Shown: positions 35,643 to 48,546 of the stretch, one piece after another | How positions within the stretch are numbered: position 1 is the first letter of the stretch | Layout: each line of letters opens with the position of its first letter | NCBI RefSeq assembly: GCF_039654945.1 | Contig: NW_027361684.1 | Span: 8,122,001-8,186,000, forward strand | Length of the DNA stretch: 64,000 nucleotides | Reading direction: 5' to 3' | Source: Dendrobates tinctorius | Taxonomy: Eukaryota | The notes under the pieces: model-generated | Seen by the model: the letters and a program-made list of their open reading frames with translations, nothing else | The model's database searches: none | What the model was told of the DNA's origin: nothing | Made by a program: the position numbers and the translations under genes

Positions 35643-36936
35643 CGAGGGGCGATCCAAAAGTAATGATAATCAATAATAAACACAATGAATATAGTAAAAA
35701 AAAAAAAATCTATTTTTCTACTTAGTCTCCTAACAAGTCTATACATTTAGTCCATCTCTTTTCTAAACTTAGAATTCCCTTCGAAAAAAATTCTTGATCT
35801 TGACCCTCAAAAAACTCCCCAACAGCGGTTATCACATCGCTATTGTCGTCAAATTTCTTGCCCCGGAGGTGTTCCTTGAGCCGAGGAAAGAGAAAGAAGT
35901 CACTGGGGGCTAGATCTGGCGAATAGGGGGGGTGTTCCACCAGTTCAAAGCCCGCTTCTTGAATGGTAGCCATAGCAACTGCAGCTTTGTGAGCCGGTCG
36001 TTATCTTGGTGAAACAGCACTCCAGCCCCCAGTTTGCCGCGCCTTTTCTCCTTGATAGCCTCCCGCAATCTTCTTATTTGTTCTGCATAGTAGGAGCCCA
36101 TAATAGTGGCTCCCTTCTCCAAATAGTCCACCATAATAATTCCTTCAGCGTCCCAAAAAACAGACACCATAACCTTCCCTGCTGAGCTTGACACTTTGAA
36201 TTTCATCGGCGTTGGTTCGTCGGCTCGTTTCCATGTCATCGATTGTTGTTTAGTTTCGGGATCAAAGTGGTGGATCCAGGTCTCATCCATGGTCAAAAAA
36301 CGTGACAAAAAATTCTCCTTGTCTGCTTGGAACTTTTCGAGATTTGCTATTGAAATGTCAACTCATTTCTTCTTTTGCTCGTCGGTTAACATTTTTGGCA
36401 CCCAACGCGTGGAGACCTTTCTCATATGCAATTCTTTTGCAAGAATTCTTTGAATACTGCCATATGAGATCCCTGTGACCTCAGCTACATGCCTGATAGT
36501 CACTCTTCGATCTGCCAACACAACTTCAACTTTTTTCACGTTTTCTTCATTGAGGGACGTGGATGGGTGTCCTTCGCGATGTTCATCTTCCGTCGATGTT
36601 CTTCCCAGCTTAAATTCCTTGGCCCAGCGTGCAACTGTGGAATATGGAGGAGAAGAGTCCCCCAATGTTTCCACCAAGTCGCTGTGTACGTCTTTGGTAG
36701 ACAGTTTTTTCAAGCAGAGGTATTTTATGCCAGCTCTGAGCTCGTTTTTTTTCCATTTTGATGTTCACGCCTTGGCAGTTCATATTCAAATGAATGTAGC
36801 TCCCGGGAATCGTGGCCTATTTCAGTGAGTTTTTTTTCATGGACTAGTGGGTAACTAAAAGAGAAGAAAACATTTTATTTTTATTTCTGTGTGCAATAGA
36901 AATAACCGATTATCATTACTTTTGGATCGCCCCTCG
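35643..36936 (-). mobile_element. Full-length mariner (DD34D, irritans/Himar1-like) with few lesions
   Basis: Perfect 29-bp TIRs CGAGGGGCGATCCAAAAGTAATGATAATC with TA TSD; ATG at 36756; motifs WVPKML, TMDETW, HQDN, YSPDLAPSDFFLF, GD*VEK. Confidence 0.95.
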
Positions 36937-38672
36937 TAGATGTGGTCAGGACAGTAGAACAGTAGATACCGCTTGTGCCTTGCGAACAGCTCGCTTTCTT
37001 TTTGCCTCAAAGATTCTGCCTCGGCAAGCTGAAGGGTTCGGGGCAAGCTTCTCCCATTCATTGATGTTGACTCCAAGTTTTTGAGAGATGCTTTAAGGCA
37101 GTCTTTATAACGTTTCTTCTGCCCCACAACTGCTCGCTTTCCCTAACAGTTCTCCATACAGTAGTTATTTAGGCAATTGGCTGTCTGGCATCCTGACCAC
37201 AGGTCCAGTCCACACGGCTAGGGCTTTCAGCATGTGAGTGTAAACGCTGCAGAGCCCAGATTGTTCCAGGATTGCTGTGTTGGGGACATCGTCTTGCCAC
37301 CTGATGTGGGGACCGATCAGGTGAAAGCGATAGAGCTGTTTGGCATGCCGGCTGTAGACTGTCCAGGTCTCTCTGGCATAGAGAAGTGTGGTAACGACCA
37401 CAGGGAGGTAAACTTTCAGCTTAGTAGGAAGGCTGAATCGGCTTTATTCCCAGATGTTCTTATGCAGTCTCCCAAAGGCGATGCTGGGTTTCACAGTTCT
37501 GTTGTTGTCCTTTGAGTCTATGGTCACTGCACATGAGTGTGTGTTGCCCGGTAGGTGAAGTTGTCAACTGCTTTGAGGTTGTGCTCCTTCACAGTAATGT
37601 GTGGCTGCTGGTATGGTTTTCCTGGTTCAGGTTGGTACATAACTTCAGTCGATTTAACATTGCTAACGAGACCAAGTTGTCAAAATCTTGTGAAAAACGG
37701 TCCATTTCATACTACATCTGTTGCTCTGTGCTGACGTGGAGTGCGCAGTCATCAGCAAACAACAAGTCACAGCTAACAGTCTCATGCATGCACCTTTGTA
37801 ACAGCCTTCAGGTGTCTGGGATAGAATAGTTGCAGTCAGTCCTGTACCTGACATGGATTCCGTCTTCGCTGTTGCTAAAGGCATCTCTCAGTATGGCATA
37901 AAATAGCATATTGTACAGGGTCGGGGCAAGTACACAGTCTTGTTTTATACAGTTTGTAACCAAGAAGGCCTCTGTTTTGTCTCCATCATTCAGCGCCTTC
38001 ATCGTCATATCATGGCGCTTCTGGACGATTGTGATGAACTTGCTTGGGCAGCCAAATTTTGACATGATTCTCCCACAGGCTCTCTCTGCCGACTGTGACG
38101 AAAGCCTTGGTCAAGTCCACAAAGGTTATGAAAAGGTCGCTGCTTTGCTCTTGGCACTTTTCCTGGAGTTAACACGCTGCAAAGACCATATCTGCCTCCA
38201 CACGTTCAAACCGAAGCTGCACTGACTGCTCCTCAACCGCCACCTCAACCTGGGAGGAGTAGACGACCTTGCTCAAGGTGGCCGTGAATGGGTAGTAGAG
38301 CTTGCTCAAAGTGGTTGAGGAGGCGGTTGAGCAAGAGGAGAGCCAAAGACTTCCCAGCAGTGGACAGAAGGGAGATGCTTCAATGTTTGTTGTAAGATTG
38401 GTGTTTGCCTTTTTTCTTGTAGATGTGGATTATGCCTCCTGTTTTGTATAACTCGACAGGTATGGAATCGTTTCCTGGCACTTTGTCACAGGAGAGTTGT
38501 TTTACTGCCTTCATGACTATGTTCACTGGGAAGAACATTGAGGTCCTTGCTGATTTGTATCTGGGGCAAGTGAGCAATGGCCTTGTCATTGATAATGGCA
38601 CAACAATTAAGGATACTGTTGAAGTGCTCAACCCACCGTTCCAGAATCTGTCTCTTTCCTGTCAGAAGATTA

Positions 38673-40286
38673 GGGCCCCGTCACACATAGCGACTCAACA
38701 GCGATCCAGACAATGATATCAACTTGTCAGGATCGCTGGTGAGTCGCTACATGATCGCTGGTGAGCTGTCAAACAGACAGCTTCAACAGCGATCAGCACC
38801 AGCGACGCAGAGTGCGCGGCGTCGCTGTGTACTTTAGTTACCACCTCGCTGATGCAGGGAGCTGGTAACTAAGGTACACAGAGGGTTCCTAAGGGGCGTG
38901 TGTCACATAGAAACCCGATGTGTACCTTGATCGGACCCAAAGAGTGGTCGTAAATGGCTGCACATCCAGTTGGAAGAATGTCTCAAGTGGGGTACCACAG
39001 GGCTCTGTCCTGGGCCCTGTATTGTTCAACATCTTTATCAACGATTTAGATGAAGGAATTGAGGGTAAACTGATTAAATTTGCTGATGACACAAAGCTAG
39101 GAGGGATAGCTAATACTAGAGAAGAGAGAGAGAGGATTCAAAAAGATTTAAATAAACTGGAGAAGTGGGCAGCAACTAACAGAATGGTTTTTAACAGGGA
39201 GAAATGCAAAGTACTACATCTGGGCAATAAAAATGAAAAAAGCATATACAGAATGGGAGGAATAGGGCTAAGTGACAGCACATGTGAAAAAGACTTGGGT
39301 ATACTAATAGATCACAGACTGAATATGAGTCAACAGTGTGATGCAGCAGCAAAAAAGGCAAATGCAATTCTAGGATGTATTAACAGAAGCATACAGTCTA
39401 GATCACGTGAAGTGATTATTTCCCTCTACTCCTCTTTGGTCAGACCTCATCTGGAATATTGTGTCCAGTTTTGGGCACCACATTTTAAAAAAGACATCAA
39501 CAAACTGGAGCAAGTTCAGAAAAGAGCGACCAGAATGGTGACCGGTCTGCAAACCCTGTCTTATGAGGAAAGGTTGCAGGATTTGGGAATGTTTAGTTTG
39601 CAAAAGAGAAGACTGAGAGGAGACTTAATAGCTGTCTACAAATATCTAAAGGGCTGTCACATTGTAGAAGGATCATCTTTATTCTCATTTGCACAAGGAA
39701 AGACTAGAAGCAATGGGATGAAACTGAATGGGAGGAGACAGATTAGATATTAGAAAAAACTTTTTGACAGTTAGAGTGATCAATGAGTGGAACAGGCTGC
39801 CACGAGAAGTGGTGAGTTCTCCTTCAATGGAAGTCTTCAAACAGAGGCTGGACAGACATCTGACTGGGATGATTTAGCGAATCCTGCTTTGAGCAGGGGG
39901 TTGGACCAGATGGCCCAGGAGGTCCCTTCCAACTCTATGATTCTATGATTACCAGCTCCCTGCATCAGCGCGCTGGTAACTAAGGTACACATCGGGTTTC
40001 TAAGCACCACCTGGTGCTTAGAAACCCTGTGTTTTTTACCTTAGTTACCAGCACGCTGATCGCTGGTCTCCCGCCTGTCACACGCAGCGATGCATGCTGG
40101 TCAGCGGGAGTCCAGCGATCAAAAAATGTCCTGGCTATTCCAGGACGATCAGCGATAACCGGCAGGGGGCCAGTCGCTGGTCAGTGTCACACACAGCGAT
40201 CTCGCTGGTGAGATCGCTGTTGCGTCACAAAACTTGTGACTCAGCAGCGATCTCGCTAGCAAGATTACTATGTGTGACGGGGGGCT
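38673..40286. mobile_element. AGCGAT-rich MITE (TTA TSD) inserted in the RTE and interrupted by CR1
   Basis: TTA-GGGCCCCGTCACAC ... GTGTGACGGGGGGCT-TTA; RTE sequence resumes on both sides. Confidence 0.88.
38929..39948 (+). mobile_element. Young 5'-truncated CR1 LINE (ORF2 RT C-terminal part and 3' UTR)
   Basis: GVPQGSVLGPVLFNIFINDL, KFADDTKL, RPHLEYCVQFW; 3' tail (TTCTATGA)n; one frameshift near 39740. Confidence 0.95.
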
Positions 40287-40774
40287 TTAGTTTCATCTGA
40301 GTTTGCGATGAAGAGTTGAATGATTGGGGCCCATATACAGCCTTTTGCACATCATACAAGCGCTTGAGGTCATGGCTGTCTGCATAGCCTTGGATTTCCT
40401 GGTGTCCTGCATCGTGCGTAGCTTTTTTTGTACCTTTCTTTTTGTGCTGGTAAAGGCATCCGTCTGGGCTAGCAACATGGCGTCGGTTTGATGTGCTTTG
40501 TACTGCTGATGTTTCTGTTCTAGGAGTGCCTTTATTTTTTTTGTCATTTTCATAGAACCAATATTGGATACTTCGGGCTGTTGGTCTGAGATGCTTCATG
40601 GCAGTATTGTAAATAGCATCTTAAAGAGTCATCCACTGTTCTTCAACACCAGTCTTGTCTGACTGCGGTATGTTTGAAAGTCTGCCATCAAGGTAATTGG
40701 CAAATTCCTTTGCAATGCTTCTGCTTTGCAGGTAGGAGACATTCAGCCTCTTTGTAGTCTTCTGGGGGCCATCA

Positions 40775-41988
40775 GAAGGTTAGTATATCCCTATTTTGTA
40801 TTTTAATTCTATTTTTTACAGGAATATGGTACCCAGCGCATGGAGGAAAGTCTCCTCTCCTCCAGACCCTGGGTACCATCCACACACGAAGCGCTCACTT
40901 TACGCATGGTAGGCATAGCCACATGTGTAAAGTGAGCGTTTCAATGCAATCCTATGGCGGCGGAATCGCCGCGATTCCACAAAATTAATTGACATGCTGC
41001 GGATTTTTCCGCTATGCGATTCCGCAGCGGAAAAATCCGCAGCATTGGCTGTTCTGAGTTCATTTTCCCCTTCACCGTTGATGTCTGATGAACTCCCTCT
41101 GCTGGTGAAGAGAGGTAGTGAAATTGATTGGGTTGGGAAGAACCTGTCATCTTAACAGGTGGAGCCTGATTGGACACCCGGAATCACTGAGTGGATAGAA
41201 GGGAGCCGACGCCCTACAGGGGTGCTGGTGATCCTTTCTGCTCTGAGCTCTTGCAAACCAGTTCAGTACCTGTCTTCTGAAAGCTAAGTATTTGCTCTCT
41301 TATTTTTCCATGAGATATTGTCTGTTTACTTAGTGTTTGTGTTCTGCCTGCCCTTGTTGGTACAGGCTGAGCTCCATTTTTGTCTCTCGTCAAGTTGATC
41401 TTTTGCTCAGTCTTCAGAATATACCTGAGTGCTGATATAGTGTTTTTGAAGTCTAGTGACTTCAGGGCCTTTTTTCTATCAGACGTGTTGGACATTATTT
41501 TGGCAGTATTTTTGCGGATTGCAGCCAGCATCTTTTCTGTCCTTTCCTATTTAGTTAGTTGGGCCCCATCGTTTGCTCAGCCTGTCTGTCTGTGTTTGTG
41601 TTTTCATCTGCTTTTCACCGACAATACATGTTGGGGGCTGTCTATTGCTTTGGGGTCTGCTCTGGGGCAGTTTAGATTTCCCCTTTCTTTCTTTAGGCTT
41701 ATTTAGTTCTCCGGCTGTGAACGAGGGGTCTAGGGCACCGTAGGAACCCCCCACGGCTACTGTTAGTTGTGTGAATAGGATCAGGGGTCTGCAATCCGAT
41801 AGCTACCAACCTCTCCGGTTTTTTGGACTCAGCTTGTATTTTTGTTTTTTCCTCCTTCGGTGACTCATTCATAACAATTGGCACAGCAAATGCGGAATCC
41901 CAGAGGATTGCATGGGATGCGTTTTACCTAGCGTTTCCACTGTGGCAAAAACGCGACAAACGCTTAAACGCAATGTGGGTACACAGCC
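40775..41988. mobile_element. Left-truncated MITE related to the 931-bp family, interrupted by a solo LTR
   Basis: Shares GGTACCCAG...GTCTCCTCTCCTCC...GGGTACC with 35010-35058; ends GTGGGTACACAGCC+TTA. Confidence 0.75.
41050..41876. mobile_element. Solo LTR (827 bp)
   Basis: TGTTCTGAGT...ATTCATAACA termini (TG..CA, short inverted repeat), flanked by ATTGGC on both sides; the host MITE resumes after it. Confidence 0.85.
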
Positions 41989-44296
41989 TTAAAGTCACTT
42001 GGATTGGTCATGGTGAGAGCATAGGCACTAATCAGCGTGGCACGCTTCTTGTTTGTAAGTGGGAGCTGAAGTGTCATCAAGCAATCGTTGATGCCCTCTG
42101 GAGGCTGGATAAGTTTAAGAACAAGGTGAGGTTTGATAGGTCATCCCACTCCTGCTTCTTGTTGTTCAGTGCTGCCACTCCAGAAAAGCGTGTATCCACC
42201 ACAACGCTCTTTCAGTTGGCCCTTAAGTGCTAAGTACGTTGCGGTGAGAGCTGCTATGTCCATGTTGTAGAGAGCTAGCTCCTTAACAAACAGTGCTGTT
42301 CTTCTCTCTGGTCTGTCCGCCTTGATATTGTGTAGCAGAGTGCTTACATTCCATGTGCCAAGGTTGAGTACCATCATTTTCTTTTTTGTGTATTGACCGC
42401 TATGAGGGATACCCTCTAGCTGAGGTAGGCTGGTTAGGGCAAGGTGAAGCACGCTATATATGAGGTACCGTTTCTAGCTCCTTCCTCAACAGAGGTGAGC
42501 AGAGTGATTCTAAAGAGAGCTGCTCAGACACCCATGGGGCTACCGAACGCCACTGCTGCTTTGGTCCAGTGGGGAGCGACCCAATGCCCTGGGCCACCTT
42601 GGTGCAGGCTCGTGACTACAGATTCCAGAGATTCCACACCTGTCGCTTTGCCACTCCCCCATCGCTACAGGACTTTTAAGTGCGGAAATAGAAGTCATCA
42701 CTTCTCACTTGACTTGAATTAAAGTGAAGAAGAGTTGCGCATGTCATCAGCCTCACTCGCTTGTCCATGCCTATCAGGTCCCAGTGGCCAGAGCTAGTTT
42801 AGACAACTGGAGACAGGTCAGGATGCAATGGATGGACAGCAGTGTCCTTTATGTGCCTCGCTGCGCACCCACAGTGCTCCATAACACTTTGATGGGAGTC
42901 GATTTTCTGTCTGTTGAAGCTTAGATGGTTTCATCCGCCGAATCCAACCTTCTCATGCACGGGTAGGCAAACCCTTAAACCTACTGTGTGCCTTAAAACA
43001 AACGGCTACCCTCACCAGGTTTGGCCCGCCTGCCCTGGTGGTGTTCCAGGATGTACCCACTGCCGCATGCTAGCAGTTACTTGGAGGTACAGGTGAGACT
43101 TCAGTACCAGGTTAGGACCAAAGATGGGCATGCAGTCCTAAAAGGACACGGCAAGCCCTCCACCAGAGGTGCTACTTCTATCTGGACACCCCATGACATT
43201 CTGTGTATGATGGAGAATAAAATGCATTTTTATTATTTTTATCAGACTCTGCATCAGTTTGGTTCTTCTAATACAAGTTATATCAGTTAAAGCCATAGCA
43301 AAAAATACCCCCGATAAACTCTTCCGTAAATAAAGCGGTCAATGGGTTAAGTAAGTTCCTAAAAATAAACAACGCAAAAAAGTGAATGTAGCTAAAAGCA
43401 ATAACACAATTCATTGTGCAAAGCAATACCTCCCTATGCATCATGTTCACAGAAAGCAGTAATACAAAGCAGCTAATGACTTTGGAGGCCGCCTCCACAG
43501 CACATTAGGAAGTACGTAACCCAACTTTCTGTTCCCAGGGAAGCAGGACGACTGCGGAGCACGAGGAGAAATCCGCACAATACTCCTCAGCAGGAGACCA
43601 GCGCTCTTCCATCGGTAGCACACAGCTGCAAGTGCTTGGATCTGCTGCTATGCGGCTGACGGTTGTGGTCTATGTAGGCCATGCTATTAATGGTGATACA
43701 GTATCAGGGCTGCTCACTGGTGAACAACAGGGGAAACTCCTGAGACAGATACAAAGGATCTACTTTTTATTAACTTTTACATTGTTAAGGCTAAGTCAAT
43801 ATAGCATTTCCACGCTTAGCCAAAAATATGTCAGGAAAAGCTCCCGGGAAATACTTGAACATTCCCATGGGTCACTGTTCACCAGAACATCTGGTCAGTA
43901 CTGTGCGTCCGCAGACCACTTATTAGATAGTATAGGAAGGAGCAGCAGACTTTAATCTCCTATATAGGGGGTCACAGCAAAAAAAAAAACTACCATCCAC
44001 CTGTATAATGCGCTTTAAACATGTTTTTGGAGTGGGTCCCTATGGTGGGCAGATGCCACAGCGCCCATCATGACTGTGGTCACTGTTGGGCATATAAAGG
44101 CTCAGAGTGGCCAAAAGGAAAATGGGTGAATCCCGCAGAGTCAATGTTATTGGTGGGCCTGTCTGACACTGGGCTTCATGAGTGTATAATACTTGATAGT
44201 GGTCACAAACACTATGTGAACTCAGCCTTATAAAAAAAAAAAGCGTTGCTAGCATTTTTTAATTATTTTAGTGTTCTTTTAAGATGGTAAACATTA

Positions 44297-44650
44297 GGGC
44301 TCATTCAGACATCAGGGAATTGAATTTACTCCTATGTAAAAAAAACAAAAAAAAACAACAACAATAAAACAGATTTCTTTAGTGTTTTGGACCTGAGCAT
44401 CATCAGTGTTTGGTAAATGTGTCAATTTTTACCGTCAGAATGTTATAGTTTTTATCGATCGTAGATCGTATGTGATCGTAGACTTGCATCAACGACTCGA
44501 ATCAAAATTGGATGCGTCTCTGTGACTTGGTGAGGACCACGTGATCGGCAAAACTGCAGACGCATACAGATATCCCCATAGACTATAATAAAAACGAGCT
44601 CCGTCAGTGAAAAACACCGATGCAAGAAAATCCGATGTCTGAATGAGCCC
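44297..44650. mobile_element. MITE
   Basis: Perfect 17-bp TIR GGGCTCATTCAGACATC; TTA on the left, right TSD decayed. Confidence 0.7.
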
Positions 44651-44973
44651 ATGGGCCTTATTGATATTTGTGCTGGATCTTCTCTAAAAACCGCCAGAGC
44701 TAATCGGGCAGCATGCTGAGCTGTGTCCTCAGGTGAAGTGACGGAAATCCAACACTCAGGTGTCAGAGTCCGGAACAGAAACCAGGTACTAATAGTGCAG
44801 ATGGAAGAGATATTACTTCTCGAGGCACCATCCCATTAATATTACATATTTCATGCCAATTAGAAAAACAGAATAAACTTTGATTTACTACAAAACCTCC
44901 TCCACATGAGATCAGCGTCTACACCGAACCAATACAAACAGATGAGCTCACGTCTCTGGACGGCAGGACTTAC

Positions 44974-45048
44974 TGGCAGAGTGGTCGAAGCCTTTGGCAG
45001 AGTGAACAATCACATGCAGGAAACCGTACAGCCCAGAAGACTCATCAT
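44974..45048 (-). CDS. ABR: ABR internal exon (start of C2): [25 protein letters not shown]
   Basis: 75 nt, phase 1-1. Acceptor tctcctag|AT, donor GCCA|gtaagt. Confidence 0.95.
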
Positions 45049-45279
45049 CTAGGAGAAACATGGAGGTGTCAATGCTCAATATACATTCAGCGAAAAAAAA
45101 CAGCACAATCAAGTCTTCTCTTGCAGTAGCTTCTTTACTATCCGGACATTTCATGCTGGACACAGGCTGCCGGGGGAAACCTGCGGTCACTGGACTTTAT
45201 GCTGCGGACTGTAAATATCATTTCCTATCTTGTGCACATTTTAAAGCTCCACAGTTGTTTTATTTTTTATTTTATTTAA

Positions 45280-45788
45280 GGGGGTTTTCCCATGAAAAAA
45301 AAATTTGATTTTAATCACTAGATCTCAGAATAATAATAATGTCCACAAATGGATGTGATTAAATAAAGTGTGCCTGTGCTGAGATAATCTTATAAATGTG
45401 CTCCTGCTGTGTACTGTGTAATGGCTGTGTCTGACTGTACCGACATGGTCTGATCATACCACAGCTCCTGGGCAGGGGAGTAGGCGAGTGTTTTTTTTTT
45501 TTTAATATTTTACTTAAAAAAATAAATAAATGAAAAGAATAATCTATGATTCCATGGTGTTCTGTCTGTATATTCTTTTACGCCTCCCCTGCCCAGGAGC
45601 TGTGGTATTATCAGGTGATGTTCCTGTACAGTCAGACACAGCCATTACACAGTACACAGCAGGGGCACATTTATAAGATTATCTCAGCCCAGGAACATTT
45701 TTTTTTTAAAACACATCCAATTGTGGAAATTATTATTACCCCAAGATCTAATAGTTAAAATGAACTTTTGTTAGTATGGAAAACCCCT
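45280..45788. mobile_element. Whole-length palindromic TTAA-type MITE; half copy at about 46345-46530
   Basis: TTAA-GGGGGTTTTCCCAT...ATGGAAAACCCCT; arms pair over about 200 bp. Confidence 0.8.
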
Positions 45789-47894
45789 TTTAGCATTGGA
45801 GTGGTGCTACTAGACCAAGAACCCTGCTTCTAGCATTATACTTAGCAGCAGCTGCTTTCAGCGGGTTCTGGCGCCGCTCCGATCGGTCTCCATCAGTTTG
45901 TGACCTGCCGAATCGCTCCAGAGTTTGTTGGGTGATGCAGAAGTTACAACTCAATGTAAGTCTATGAGAGTCAGAAAAAGGCCCTCAGACTCACACTGAG
46001 AGCTTGTGATCATTACCTCTGACTTCCGGTCAGTCAGAAGTTGCGGTCACGAGATGGTGATGCAGGACAGGAGTGGTGATGAGAAGAGCTGAAGACAGCA
46101 ACTGGTAAGTGTAAGACTAGGTGAAGGGAACTTCGATTAATAGCATCACTCCAGAACTGAAATAAAAGAAAGGTGCAAAACTACAAACGCAATCATTCCC
46201 TGATGTGCTAAGCAAGTCCACTGTTGTAGCATATTGTTAGCACTGGTTCCAAATTGCAAGAAAACATACAATATGTAACAGAAAATATGCTATTAAAACA
46301 GACATTTCAATAATTGATGCCTCTAATTAACATTACCACTTAATGGTGTTTTCCCACAAAGTACATTTTAATCAATAGATCTTTGAATAATAATAATTTC
46401 CACAATTGGATGTTTTCATAAAATGTTCCTGTGCTGAGATAATCTTATAGATGTGCCCCTGCTGTGTACTGTGTAATGTCTGTGTCTGACCGTACAGGGA
46501 CATGGTCTGATCATACCACAGCTCCGGGGCAGGATGGGGGTGGTGGGGGGTATATACAGGCCTTACAGCATGGGATCACAAATGAAAATAAAAAAATAAT
46601 TCCCTGCCTGTTTTATCACAGGAGTGAGTGTTTCCACTACGTCTCCAGCACTCTGAGTGTTACTGCCGGGTCTCATAAAGTAAGTCAGTAATGTAGGAGT
46701 TCAGCGGCAGCCATTTAATTTATACCCATCTAGTAATTTCTCTACCAGTTCGGTGCCATAGCATGAATGCTTCCACTGCTTTTTGTGAACTGTCTTGCCA
46801 ATCAGTGTCCTCTAATCTCATCACTATAGGACAGTTTGCAAAAAGTAGATGGATCCCCCAGTGGGGCAAGGCAGTTACCAGATGAATAGAAGTTATTTTT
46901 TAGCCTGTGGCCATTTTTAAATATCTTAGACAAATCCTAAAAAAGCTCTGTCTGCACATAATAAATATGACCGAGTCCACTAGAAGACAGATCAAACCGA
47001 ATTCAATAGATAACACTGATCGACTTGTAAAGGTGGAATGAATACTATGAATACTGCATGTCCTCTGCTGCTCCTTTTACTTTCAATAGGACCTAAGGGG
47101 TAACGTCTTTCTGAAGAGTGACATGACTGACAAGCCAGTGTATGGAGACTTATAGGCCATGCAAAGCTCCTGTGGGAAATTAAATATGCAAATTGGTTCA
47201 ACATTGACTTCAAAGATCGCTCTTTCCAATAGGTGGCACCATAGTTCAAGTCTAGGAGTGATGGAGTGAGTCCCATACACAATGCATGAAAACGCATACA
47301 CGACCATCACTTCATTAACAAAGGGAACGCGGACCCCCTAATTGAATTTTAGACAATTCCTTTAAGAATGATTTCACATAGATATTTTATATTGGGGCAC
47401 ATGCTACATTTTTTTTATTTATTTTTTTAACTGAATCCAAAAGTGGATTCAAACAGAATGGGAAATATTTTACTTTTTGCTGGATTTTAGATCCGATAAA
47501 AAAAAAAAAAATAAAAAATAAAAAAGGAAAAATAAACTGTACAAAGAAATTCAGTGGCTAAAACCACTACAAAATCCTCAATAAAGTCTGAATGTTTTAC
47601 ATTTTCAGTCTGTTGCCGCTCGACTTAAAGGGGACTGTCTCAAAACGACAACCTCTTTACAAACAGAATTGAATATAGGTAATGCCTTAATTGCTTTCCT
47701 GCTATGTGCAAAAAGTCTTAATATTTCAGTCATTACACTCAGATATTCAGGTAATGACTTTCTTGCTCCCTAGATTTATACTGTATGACTAAGTACCCTA
47801 GAAAAAAAAAAAAAAAAGGAAAAAGTCAAAATACAACTTGCAGTGCCACACAGTGGTCAGAAGGTTGCACTACCGGCCGGCCGCAGTCGCTTAC

Positions 47895-47999
47895 CATCTT
47901 TATTGCTGATTATAGGCATGTTGTGAACTGTTCTCAGCTTGAAGCAGGATCCGGTGAGCACCTGGAGCTCCAAAGAACTGAGTGCAAAGGCTTGTAGAT
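47895..47999 (-). CDS. ABR: ABR internal exon: [35 protein letters not shown]
   Basis: 105 nt, phase 1-1. Acceptor ttttag|AT, donor GATG|gtaagc. Confidence 0.95.
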
Positions 48000-48546
48000 C
48001 TAAAATGAAAGGAAATGAACAATTCAGGGTATGTCCACATGTACAAGTTTTGAGTTGCAATAATTCTGCGGCACATCTGTGATAAAACAATCATGTGCTC
48101 CATTCAGATTTGATGCATATTTGTCGCACATTGCAAAGTGTGAAATCTGCACGACAAACGAATATTAAAAAAAAAAAAAAAAAAGCATTGCAGGTTAATT
48201 TCAGAAACAGATTTGAAAAAAACTATATAAAAAAAGCTACTAAATTGCCGTTATGAAAAATCTGCAATACATCTGGTTCACCTTGGTCTAGAAAGCGCAC
48301 TCTGCATTTGAAGGGGTATTCCCACCTTGTATATAATGGGATATTGGTGGGACGTTCAGCTGTCTTGGAACTAAGCCTGACCGTTCCACTGGCACATAAA
48401 GCTCCCATTGTTGGGACCAATGTCTATATGTTCATGACACACCCTGTGGAGAGACCATAAAAATATAACATGGGCATAGCCCTTTAAGACGTAGTTGGGC
48501 TTTGCAGTTAACGTTCATGCTATTACAGTAGCGTGACTGCAAAATC

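Larger units (their letters stand above)
35545..43190 (-). mobile_element. Old RTE-clade LINE split by nested insertions (outer limits approximate)
   Basis: EN: LGTWNV..RPERRTAL..YTLFWSG and ISAYALTMTNP (about 41990-42380). Linker: KAVYGPQ. RT: KFGCPSKFI, KQDCVLAPTLYN, LLYARETWTVY. C-terminal zinc knuckle CGRAFRARIGLICHLWTH (about 35561-35625). Confidence 0.85.

Noticed and set aside
43507-43612. Minus-strand ATG frame MEERWSPAEEYCADF... as an alternative first exon for the C2 exon
   Set aside because: Only a weak donor (TAC|GTACTT) is available and no homology was recognised.
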